From the IMG/VR virus record IMGVR_UViG_3300048854_000073, positions 1,828 through 65,827 of that record: a stretch of 64,000 nt of DNA; one strand, written 5' to 3'. The stretch comes from a virus (Duplodnaviria > Caudoviricetes). The position numbers and the translations under genes were made by a program. The notes beneath the pieces were generated by a model that was given only the letters and a program-made list of their open reading frames with translations, made no database searches and was not told where the DNA came from. This document shows positions 34,372-41,546 of the stretch, piece after piece; the stretch's first letter is position 1, and each line of letters opens with the position of its first letter.

Positions 34372-35499
34372 GTGAGTGACCTAGCCATGCGGGACATTCT
34401 GGCCATGCTGAAGGATTCAGGAAGCCGGAAGATTACCGAACGAAACCACTACAAATATGAGCTGCCAAACGGGAACATCTTTGTATGCCCCAAAACACCA
34501 AGCGACTACCGAGGAGTCAGGAATTGCTTAAATGCTCTTCGTAAAGAACTACGGGAAACACATCCGGCAATAGCCGACCGAGGGCGAACCATACGCAAGA
34601 AAGCTGTCCTCAATACCACCATCGGCGATCTTCTCAAAGCCAAAGAGGGCGGTAAGGTCTCACCCTTCTCCGCCATACCGGGTAGTGAGCCGGTTCCTGA
34701 AAAAGAGATGGAGTTTGAGATCACCAATAAGCCGGTTGAGGTTGTGGCTGAAGCGCCAGAACCCATCCTTCACGAAATACCGCGCAAGCCTCGCGCAGAA
34801 CCCAACCCCAAACCCTCCAGCTATCGCAGCCTGACTTCGGAGCAAATGGAAGAAGCAAACCGGATTCTCCACTCCGAGGGTGATGCGGCGATGAATGTTT
34901 ACATCAATCAGTGCAGAACGGAAGAGCGTCCCGTGGAACGGAAGCGCCACATCAAAGTTGAGAAAGCTGATCCCATGACAGAGCTAATGGAGCGCGCTCG
35001 GCTGGAGCTGGATCGTGTAGGCAAGCGCATCGCAGGATACGATCTGCAGATCGCGGACCTCAAGGCCCAACAGGAAAACGACGTACTAAAGCAGGCGCAG
35101 ATTGAACAATACATCGCTCGTCATGAAGCCTTGGCAAAAGAAGCTGCCGAACTCATCGAGATGCTTCCCGAACCTGCAGCGCCAACCAAAGGTAAAGTAC
35201 GGCGTGGTCCTCGCGATCCAAACAAGGCGAAGGGCTATGGCGTTAGAGAGATTCGCGCGACAGTCTTTCCGCTCCTCGGACCTGAAGAATTCAACTCCCG
35301 TCATATTGTGTCGCTCGCTAAAGAGGCAGGACTTCCCGAGCCCCACTACGCTCCTTCGCAAATCAATTGGATGTTGATCATGGAGGCGAAGCGTGAAGGG
35401 TCACTGATTGAAAATTTAGGCGAGGGAAACTTCAGGCTGAAACCATCGATGACCTTCCTCCCCCCTGCCATCCCCATCACCAAAGTAGCGCATGCATAA
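34372..35499 (+). CDS. HicA-like domain + coiled coil + C-terminal wHTH fusion
   Basis: MLKDSGSRKITERNHYKYELPNGNIFVCPKTPSDYRGVRN resembles HicA; start GTG 34372 or ATG 34387. Confidence 0.6.
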   Translation: MSDLAMRDILAMLKDSGSRKITERNHYKYELPNGNIFVCPKTPSDYRGVRNCLNALRKELRETHPAIADRGRTIRKKAVLNTTIGDLLKAKEGGKVSPFSAIPGSEPVPEKEMEFEITNKPVEVVAEAPEPILHEIPRKPRAEPNPKPSSYRSLTSEQMEEANRILHSEGDAAMNVYINQCRTEERPVERKRHIKVEKADPMTELMERARLELDRVGKRIAGYDLQIADLKAQQENDVLKQAQIEQYIARHEALAKEAAELIEMLPEPAAPTKGKVRRGPRDPNKAKGYGVREIRATVFPLLGPEEFNSRHIVSLAKEAGLPEPHYAPSQINWMLIMEAKREGSLIENLGEGNFRLKPSMTFLPPAIPITKVAHA

Positions 35500-36136
35500 A
35501 GGCCAATTCACTCCGGAGCAATCTGCGAAGATGCTCCGGATTCGCTTCCCTGATCCGGAGAGTTGCGTAGCTGCACTCCACACCGTCTCACACCTCCCGG
35601 CCAGCGCAAGCCGGGAGGTTTTGATCGAAGACCTGTTCGTCGCATTTGAAGTGGCAGGTTTCAACCGGCAAATAATCACCACTCAAGGCCTCAAATTCTA
35701 CAAAGAGGAGTCCACATTGACAGAGGAGACAGACATGGCTCGCACCAAAGGTGCTGTAAACAAAACCACCGCTTCCCGCAAACGAAAAGAACAGGTCAAC
35801 GGGCCTTTTCAGGCTGCACTTAAGAGCGCAGAAGCTCTTCTCGTCGTCCGCAAAAAAGAGCTGGAGGATGCGCAGTCCACCGTTCGCCGACTCCAAAAGG
35901 AGATTCCAAGCCTGCAGCAGACCATCGTTGCGCTCGATCAGCAACTCAATCCCGACAGCAAGCGCGTCATCGAAATCCAGCCGCGAAAAGAACCTGCTGC
36001 CGCAGACAGCGCCGAGGGCATCAACGAAGTACAGGAGGGCATGGGTGTCGTTCTGTCCAGCGCTGAAGATGTGGTGGTACAGGAACAGGCTCCCGATCTC
36101 GATACCATCCCCGGCATGGGTGGACAATGGAGCTAG
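35492..36136 (+). CDS. Hypothetical coiled-coil protein (possible internal start MARTKG)
   Basis: Strong internal RBS GAGGAG. Confidence 0.6.
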   Translation: MHKGQFTPEQSAKMLRIRFPDPESCVAALHTVSHLPASASREVLIEDLFVAFEVAGFNRQIITTQGLKFYKEESTLTEETDMARTKGAVNKTTASRKRKEQVNGPFQAALKSAEALLVVRKKELEDAQSTVRRLQKEIPSLQQTIVALDQQLNPDSKRVIEIQPRKEPAAADSAEGINEVQEGMGVVLSSAEDVVVQEQAPDLDTIPGMGGQWS

Positions 36137-36378
36137 ATCAGGAGATCGGCCGTGAACTCACTGCGGCCGATCTGAAAGTTAAAACGGTAGTGGTCCTCGG
36201 TCAGGATGACCGACCTGACTATGTGACGACATGGGTACAGGAAATAGGTGTTGACTTCGTTACCTTCCAAGCCGCAGCAATCAAACTCATCTTTATTGCA
36301 AAGCGGCTTCCCGACGATACGCTGCAGGACGACAAGGGTAGACGCATCCACGTCTTTGAATATCTAGGAGAGGTATGA
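36127..36378 (+). CDS. Small beta-rich hypothetical protein
   Basis: Coupled ORF. Confidence 0.65.
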   Translation: MELDQEIGRELTAADLKVKTVVVLGQDDRPDYVTTWVQEIGVDFVTFQAAAIKLIFIAKRLPDDTLQDDKGRRIHVFEYLGEV

Positions 36379-36917
36379 CGCTCCTGAAAGAACTGAAACA
36401 ACAAATGGCGGAGGCGGATGCTGCTTATCCGCTTTTGCCCGGTCTCTGCTATCGCTCTCCGTTCGGCTTCGTCTTGGCTCATGGCCGCGTGTACGAAGGT
36501 ATGTGGAATCCGCGCTGGCCTATCGGCGTGCAAAAGATGTGTTTCGGTAACGCGATTGCCAGAGCTGGAATCGATGGCCTGAAATACGTGGAGGGCTTCG
36601 CCGTCGCTCCCAACGGCCAAGTCATCCTTCACGGATGGAACTCCGACGACAAGGGCACGCTCATCGATACCACGTGGGCTAATACGGGCCTCTGTTACAT
36701 CGGTGTGGAGTTTTCTGTCGCGCGTGCCGACGATGCCACATGGAACGGCGATGCCTGCGTGCTGAACGATGAGAACCGCAATTACCCAATCTTTCAGAAG
36801 CCATGGACCGGCGAAGATTACAGCATCGTATGGCCCCACAGTGACCGGCTTGAACGCATCTATAAGCGCGAGCCGACACTTCCACCAAGCGTAAAAGAAT
36901 GGCTGGCAACCCGATGA
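36375..36917 (+). CDS. Transglutaminase/papain-like fold protein
   Basis: Putative triad motifs MCFGNA, YVEGFA, LHGW, IDTTW. Confidence 0.65.
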   Translation: MTLLKELKQQMAEADAAYPLLPGLCYRSPFGFVLAHGRVYEGMWNPRWPIGVQKMCFGNAIARAGIDGLKYVEGFAVAPNGQVILHGWNSDDKGTLIDTTWANTGLCYIGVEFSVARADDATWNGDACVLNDENRNYPIFQKPWTGEDYSIVWPHSDRLERIYKREPTLPPSVKEWLATR

Positions 36918-37564
36918 GCGATCAGGACCTCTTCGATTTCTTCGGCGACATCGACACCGTAATTGACCGGCTGAACGAAAAGCTGCAGCGCGATGGAGCA
37001 ATCCGACGCGAAAAGATTCTCGCCTCTAAAACAAACTTCATCGCGGATCACGCTCATCTCTGCTGGAAGAAGGACGATCTGCAGTTCTTTCTGTGCGAGC
37101 ATCCCATCCACGCCGAGGGCCGCAGGGTCCAACAGGAAAACCCGAAGCTCTATAGCGAACTCTCGATCTACAAAAAAATTGGACGCTATAACGGCTACGT
37201 TCGCTTTCCATCGTTGCCGATGATCGTGCCGGGATTCAAGGGCATCCTGACCTATGTTCCCGTGCATGGCGGAATCACTTACTTTCAGGATTGGTGGGAT
37301 GGTTCGGTGACGTATGGCTTTGATGTGGGGCATCTGATCTCAGAAAGCATGCTGGAAATCATCAACGACATTGGATGGATGATGGAAGAAACTGAAGCCA
37401 TGGCGCGAGGGATTCAGGTCGCAGCGCGCTTCGAATCCTACTACCTGAACGCAAAGACCGAAATGGATAAGGCGCGCGTGCTGGATCGCATGGGCAAGTT
37501 CATGCCTCTAGACGTTCATGGCAATACCGGCGCGATGATAAACCTGTTGTTCGGCTCGCTCTGA
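36914..37564 (+). CDS. Hypothetical protein (VHGGITY motif)
   Basis: ATGA coupling; YNGYV...VHGGITY...GFD. Confidence 0.7.
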   Translation: MSDQDLFDFFGDIDTVIDRLNEKLQRDGAIRREKILASKTNFIADHAHLCWKKDDLQFFLCEHPIHAEGRRVQQENPKLYSELSIYKKIGRYNGYVRFPSLPMIVPGFKGILTYVPVHGGITYFQDWWDGSVTYGFDVGHLISESMLEIINDIGWMMEETEAMARGIQVAARFESYYLNAKTEMDKARVLDRMGKFMPLDVHGNTGAMINLLFGSL

Positions 37565-37580
37565 TAGTTCGCAGTATCCC

Positions 37581-37619
37581 CACGGCATCACAGGCTCCGC
37601 AATAACCTGTGATGCCGTG
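37581..37619. terminator. Perfect 14-bp hairpin at convergent junction
   Basis: CACGGCATCACAGG / CCTGTGATGCCGTG; no U tract. Confidence 0.5.
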
Positions 37620-38007
37620 TCTGCAGGCGTAGTCTTTCGCCCATTGGCTAACTGGCTGGTTACGGTATCGGTCAGCAAGCGCGTAATAAAACAGCCGCTC
37701 GCTCTCCAGCCTGTTCACTTTTTCTTTCTCGCCTTCATCAGGAGATCGAACCCCTGCTTATTACAGCGATAGCCCTTCGTGTTCCAATCCCCATGCGTCC
37801 ACGCCAAAGAACAGAAGCCAACGTAATTTCCCTTTTCATCGTGGGTCGAGCAAATCGATTGAAAGATATCAAGAGTGCATCCCCATCCAGCCGGAGGCGG
37901 TTCCAAATCCGAAGACGGAACCACGTAAGGCAGACGCCGCTGATAGTCCTGAACGTCTCTATGGCTTGGAGGAGCCTGCACCCACAAAGCAAATGCCAGA
38001 AGAAAGA

Positions 38008-38199
38008 TCACCAGTTCCCTCCCGCCGTCTCTGCCTCGCCGAATGTACAAGGCCCACACATGCCCGTGCAGGGCACGGTAGGCTTCTCTCCACACACAAA
38101 GCAGCCCGTCTTCCAGTCGGGCTCCGTGGCCGCGCTGTCGGCCTTCGTAGCGCCAGCAGCCTTCCGGTCCTTCCGCTTCTCAAGCAGTTTCTCTGGCAA
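38008..38199 (-). CDS. Small Cys-rich protein
   Basis: CFVC...CTGMCGPC. Confidence 0.5.
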   Translation of the reverse strand: MPEKLLEKRKDRKAAGATKADSAATEPDWKTGCFVCGEKPTVPCTGMCGPCTFGEAETAGGNW

Positions 38200-38488
38200 C
38201 TTCCACCTCCGCTCCTACGCTGGTTGGCCCCTTCTTCTCCAGATCGAACACTGCCTTGGTTCCCCTGCGCTTGATTGCATCCACCACTGACTTCCGAATC
38301 CGGACAGGCGCGAACTTCGAATCGCCTACCTTCACAAACTCAATCTGCTTTACTGCGATCCAGTTGCGGATCGTCTTCGGCGACATCCCTAACTCCTCTG
38401 CAGCTTCATCCACATTCAACAGTGGATCGCTGACGATGTGAGCCTTTCGCGTGACCTTCTTCACTTCCCGTGGAATCAAAACAGGCAC
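38180..38488 (-). CDS. xis: Excisionase / HTH_17 protein
   Basis: LLNVDEAAEELGMSPKTIRNWI; divergent from integrase. Confidence 0.8.
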   Translation of the reverse strand: MPVLIPREVKKVTRKAHIVSDPLLNVDEAAEELGMSPKTIRNWIAVKQIEFVKVGDSKFAPVRIRKSVVDAIKRRGTKAVFDLEKKGPTSVGAEVEVARETA

Positions 38489-38496
38489 CTCCCCAA

Positions 38497-38535
38497 TGTA
38501 GGGTGTAGCCTACATTTGCCCGATTCGCCTGTCAA
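38497..38535 (-). promoter_or_regulatory. xis promoter TTGACA-17 bp-TAGGCT with -10 inside the operator (38497-38514)
   Basis: Spacing counted; operator TGTAGGGTGTAGCCTACA. Confidence 0.75.
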
Positions 38536-38538
38536 TCA

Positions 38539-38547
38539 TGTTATATT
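38539..38547 (+). promoter_or_regulatory. Extended -10 (TGTTATATT), probable integrase promoter
   Basis: 55 bp upstream of the int ATG. Confidence 0.5.
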
Positions 38548-38602
38548 CCTCTAAAGCCAGTGGGCCTACCCTCTCGGCTACAAAAAAGGAGCGACACTCG
38601 CC

Positions 38603-39862
38603 ATGTCCGTCTATCGTCAAAAAGGGAAACAAACGTTCATCATGGACTTCTGGTTTCAGGGCCAGAGAATCCGTGAATCCACCGGAGCCTCCACCAAAAA
38701 CCTTGCACTCAAAGTGGAGCGCAATCGTAAGACCGGGCTCGAAGAGGGCAAAGCCGGAGTCCAGAAACCGAAGAAGATGCCCTTCTTCGCGAACGCTGCC
38801 GATGACTTCCTAGACAAGCGCTGGAAGTCTGTACCGGGCGGAAGAGAACAGAAGGACGGCAAGGGTGCAACCGTCCTGATCGATCAGGGCAACATCGTCC
38901 ACCTCAAACCGCACTTCGGCAAAACACTCCTCTGCGACATCTCGCCCACCGCCGTCTCCAACTATCAGCACATGCGCCTGAAGGAGGGCGCAGCACCGAA
39001 GACCGTCAATCTGGAGCTTGGCACCTTCCGCTCCATTCTCACGCCCTCCGGTCATTGGACACGCCTGCTGCCAGAGGTGGACATGCTGGAGGTTCACAAC
39101 GATGTCGGCGTGGCCCTCACGGGCGAACAGCAGGCCGCTCTGGAGAAAGCCTGCAGTCAGTCACTCTCCCGGATACTCTACCCGCTCATGATCGTTTTGG
39201 TTGAAACCGGCGTGCGCATAGGAGCGATCACAAAACTGAAATGGGAGACTGTGGACTTCGTGGGCGGAGGCCTCCGCATCGGGAAGGACAAGACAAAGGC
39301 AGGACGCAGGACCGTACCTATCACCCGGAGAGCGATGGCAGTTCTGGAGATGTGGGCGGAAAACTACCCGAAGCGGAAACCCGATCACTACGTCTTCCCA
39401 CAAGAGATGTACCGCCTGAAAAAAGGGCAGGCTGAAATGGAGCTGGTGAGCGTCGATCCCACCAAGCACGTAGGCAGCGTCAAGCGTTCATGGGCTACAG
39501 CTTTGGATCGCGCTGCGTGGATGCTGGCAGGCTCGCCGACGGAAGAAGAGATGGCCGAGGTGGGGACCAAGTACCCACCCCTGAAATGCCGTCCGCACGA
39601 TCTCCGCCACACCGCCGTCACCCACCTGATCCAGACCAAGACTCCCCTTCCGATCATTGCGCAGCTCGTAGGCTGGAGCCCGTCGCAGATGATCCTGATG
39701 GCAGCACGTTACGGCCACTACGAGATGGATATCTTGCGCGATGCAATCGAGACCGCAAGCGATCACTCGCGCATCCGACGCACTCCACAGAAGCCTGTCA
39801 GGGGTGGGGACTTTGGTGGGGACCCCAAAGCTAAAACGCGGGTTAGCGCGGGATATGCGTGA
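38603..39862 (+). CDS. int: Tyrosine integrase
   Basis: ETGVR, KTKAG, HDLRHT, LVGW, RYGH catalytic set; N-terminal arm-binding domain. Confidence 0.95.
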   Translation: MSVYRQKGKQTFIMDFWFQGQRIRESTGASTKNLALKVERNRKTGLEEGKAGVQKPKKMPFFANAADDFLDKRWKSVPGGREQKDGKGATVLIDQGNIVHLKPHFGKTLLCDISPTAVSNYQHMRLKEGAAPKTVNLELGTFRSILTPSGHWTRLLPEVDMLEVHNDVGVALTGEQQAALEKACSQSLSRILYPLMIVLVETGVRIGAITKLKWETVDFVGGGLRIGKDKTKAGRRTVPITRRAMAVLEMWAENYPKRKPDHYVFPQEMYRLKKGQAEMELVSVDPTKHVGSVKRSWATALDRAAWMLAGSPTEEEMAEVGTKYPPLKCRPHDLRHTAVTHLIQTKTPLPIIAQLVGWSPSQMILMAARYGHYEMDILRDAIETASDHSRIRRTPQKPVRGGDFGGDPKAKTRVSAGYA

Positions 39863-40097
39863 GCCTCAAAACTGTGCGAAACCCCGCGTAAACACTGAGG
39901 ATTTCGTAACTCAGGGCAAGCAAGGGCAAGTGCAGGAAATCCGCAAACCTCCGGCTACGAACCAGTAGGTCGGGTGTTCGAATCACTCCGGGCGCACCAT
40001 AAAAATCAACAACATACGAAAAAGTAAGAGGCGGGGGAAAGCTAAGAGGTGGGGACTTTGGTGGGGACCTTAAAACTTCCCCCACCTAGTCCCCACC
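39803..40097. repeat. GGTGGGGAC repeats flanking the att core (putative arm-type sites)
   Basis: Direct pairs 39803/39815 and 40048/40060; inverted pair 40077-40097; 12-bp period. Confidence 0.75.
39953..39999 (+). mobile_element. attP core = 3' half of tRNA-Arg(ACG)
   Basis: GG-CTACGAA-CCAGTAGGTC-GGGTGTTCGAATCACTC-CGGGCGC-A-CCA; no 5' half upstream. Confidence 0.85.
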
Positions 40098-40106
40098 TTT
40101 TGCGTG

Positions 40107-41042
40107 TCACGCGATGTGGACGGTAGCAAACCCCGACTTGGTAGACGGGGTGTATGGAGTCTCTGACCAGCAACACCCCTTGAACGGACAGGCAGGCCGA
40201 TCACAGACCGACAGGGAGGGCTCCGGCTTCGCCGTCATCTTCATCGCCCTGTCCAGCTTCCGAGCTGCCATGTCCCGGATTCTCTGGAGCTGGACCTTCG
40301 GCGGGACAGGCAGGTCCACCACAAAGCAAACGTCCCGGAGGATGTCATCCTCCAGCATGGCTTCCAGCCAATCCTTCGTGGCGATCTCCTCGCGATCCTC
40401 CCGCCAGACCTTCGCCCACCGATCCGAGAAAACCTCCGAGGTGACCTTCTGCCGTTTCCGGAATCGGAGCTTATGGTTTTGCGGATGAAGGAAGCCCTTG
40501 GTGAAGGGTCCGTGCCTCCGGCCGTCGCGATGCTGGCCAAGGATCAGGACCACGACTTTCATGGGCAGCTCGTAGGCAGCTACCTCGCCGAGGGAGTACC
40601 AGCTTCGTAGCTCCGAGTAATGCCGTTCGTCGCTCCATGACGTGACCAGCGACAGTCGGCGGAGATGACCGCCAGACCGATCCAGAAACGCTCCAGAGTG
40701 CCACAGGTGATCGCCGACAGGGGTGGGGACAGGTGGGGACCAAGGTGGGGACCCCGGACGCCTAACTGCTGTGGTGAGGACATCTGCGAGGGCGGCATGA
40801 TGCACCACCGACTCATGGATGTTTCTGCTGGCTGGAGTCTCCAAGCCGGGACTTACGGCAAGGTCCATGATCGTCTCTCCGGCCAGCTCGCCGAAGTCCT
40901 CACGCTCCACTTCCGTCAGGCCTGCGGTCATAGCTCGGATCAGGAACTCGTTCGGCGTTAGGCGAGGCCGTCTCCAGTCGCGAGAGTAATAGCCCTTGAG
41001 ATCGCACGTTTCTATGTTGGTCAAAAAATCAGGGGATGTCAT
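40107..41042 (-). CDS. Degenerate Cas4-like protein (Fe-S cysteines kept, catalytic motifs not evident)
   Basis: IETCDLKGYY at N-terminus; VCDRPACPFKGCC at C-terminus. Confidence 0.5.
   Translation of the reverse strand: MTSPDFLTNIETCDLKGYYSRDWRRPRLTPNEFLIRAMTAGLTEVEREDFGELAGETIMDLAVSPGLETPASRNIHESVVHHAALADVLTTAVRRPGSPPWSPPVPTPVGDHLWHSGAFLDRSGGHLRRLSLVTSWSDERHYSELRSWYSLGEVAAYELPMKVVVLILGQHRDGRRHGPFTKGFLHPQNHKLRFRKRQKVTSEVFSDRWAKVWREDREEIATKDWLEAMLEDDILRDVCFVVDLPVPPKVQLQRIRDMAARKLDRAMKMTAKPEPSLSVCDRPACPFKGCCWSETPYTPSTKSGFATVHIA
40722..40752. repeat. 3 x GGTGGGGAC inside the Cas4-like CDS
   Basis: 40722, 40732, 40744. Confidence 0.75.
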
Positions 41043-41080
41043 GTCGCATTTTTAGTGCAATGTTGCACTGGACTGGACGC

Positions 41081-41437
41081 CTACTTTTTCCGTCCGGTCC
41101 CTTTCCTTCGTATGGCTTTCCGCTTCAGCGCACCCTTCGGAAGAATCACCTCGCCCTTGTGCGCGTAGACTAGACCGGTCTTCTTCACCACGCCACCCTT
41201 TTTGAAGGTGGGATACTTCTTATCGCCAAGCTGCTTAAACTCCGTGTCCAGCTTCTCGCCGCGTTTGATCTTCTCGGTCTGCCGCATGTCAGCCCAATCT
41301 TCCTTAGTGGCCTGCCATGCATGGTTCCATGAACCTTTGGCCCTCTCGGCGAGGGTGGGCTTCTCCTCGCTCCTGCGGTCGTCCACATCCTTCGACTTGT
41401 AGCCCTCCGGAACGTTGAAGCCCTTCGGATCGCTCAT
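41081..41437 (-). CDS. Small basic virion-associated protein (putative)
   Basis: FKKGGVVKKTGLVYAHKGEVILP motif; end of structural operon. Confidence 0.65.
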   Translation of the reverse strand: MSDPKGFNVPEGYKSKDVDDRRSEEKPTLAERAKGSWNHAWQATKEDWADMRQTEKIKRGEKLDTEFKQLGDKKYPTFKKGGVVKKTGLVYAHKGEVILPKGALKRKAIRRKGTGRKK

Positions 41438-41546
41438 TTTCCTTGCTCCACAAAAGCGCAAGCGTATACTTGCATCCTATGTTCTTACTATGGCTCATCT
41501 TCATGACCGTCTGCATCCTGAAGACTTTCGAATCTATCCGCGATAT

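Noticed and set aside
39953-39999. Functional tRNA-Arg gene
   Set aside because: The 5' half (acceptor and D arm) is missing; interpreted as attP core.
39803-40752. G-quadruplex role for GGTGGGGAC repeats
   Set aside because: Paired, 12-bp-phased and inverted copies around the att core fit integrase arm sites better.
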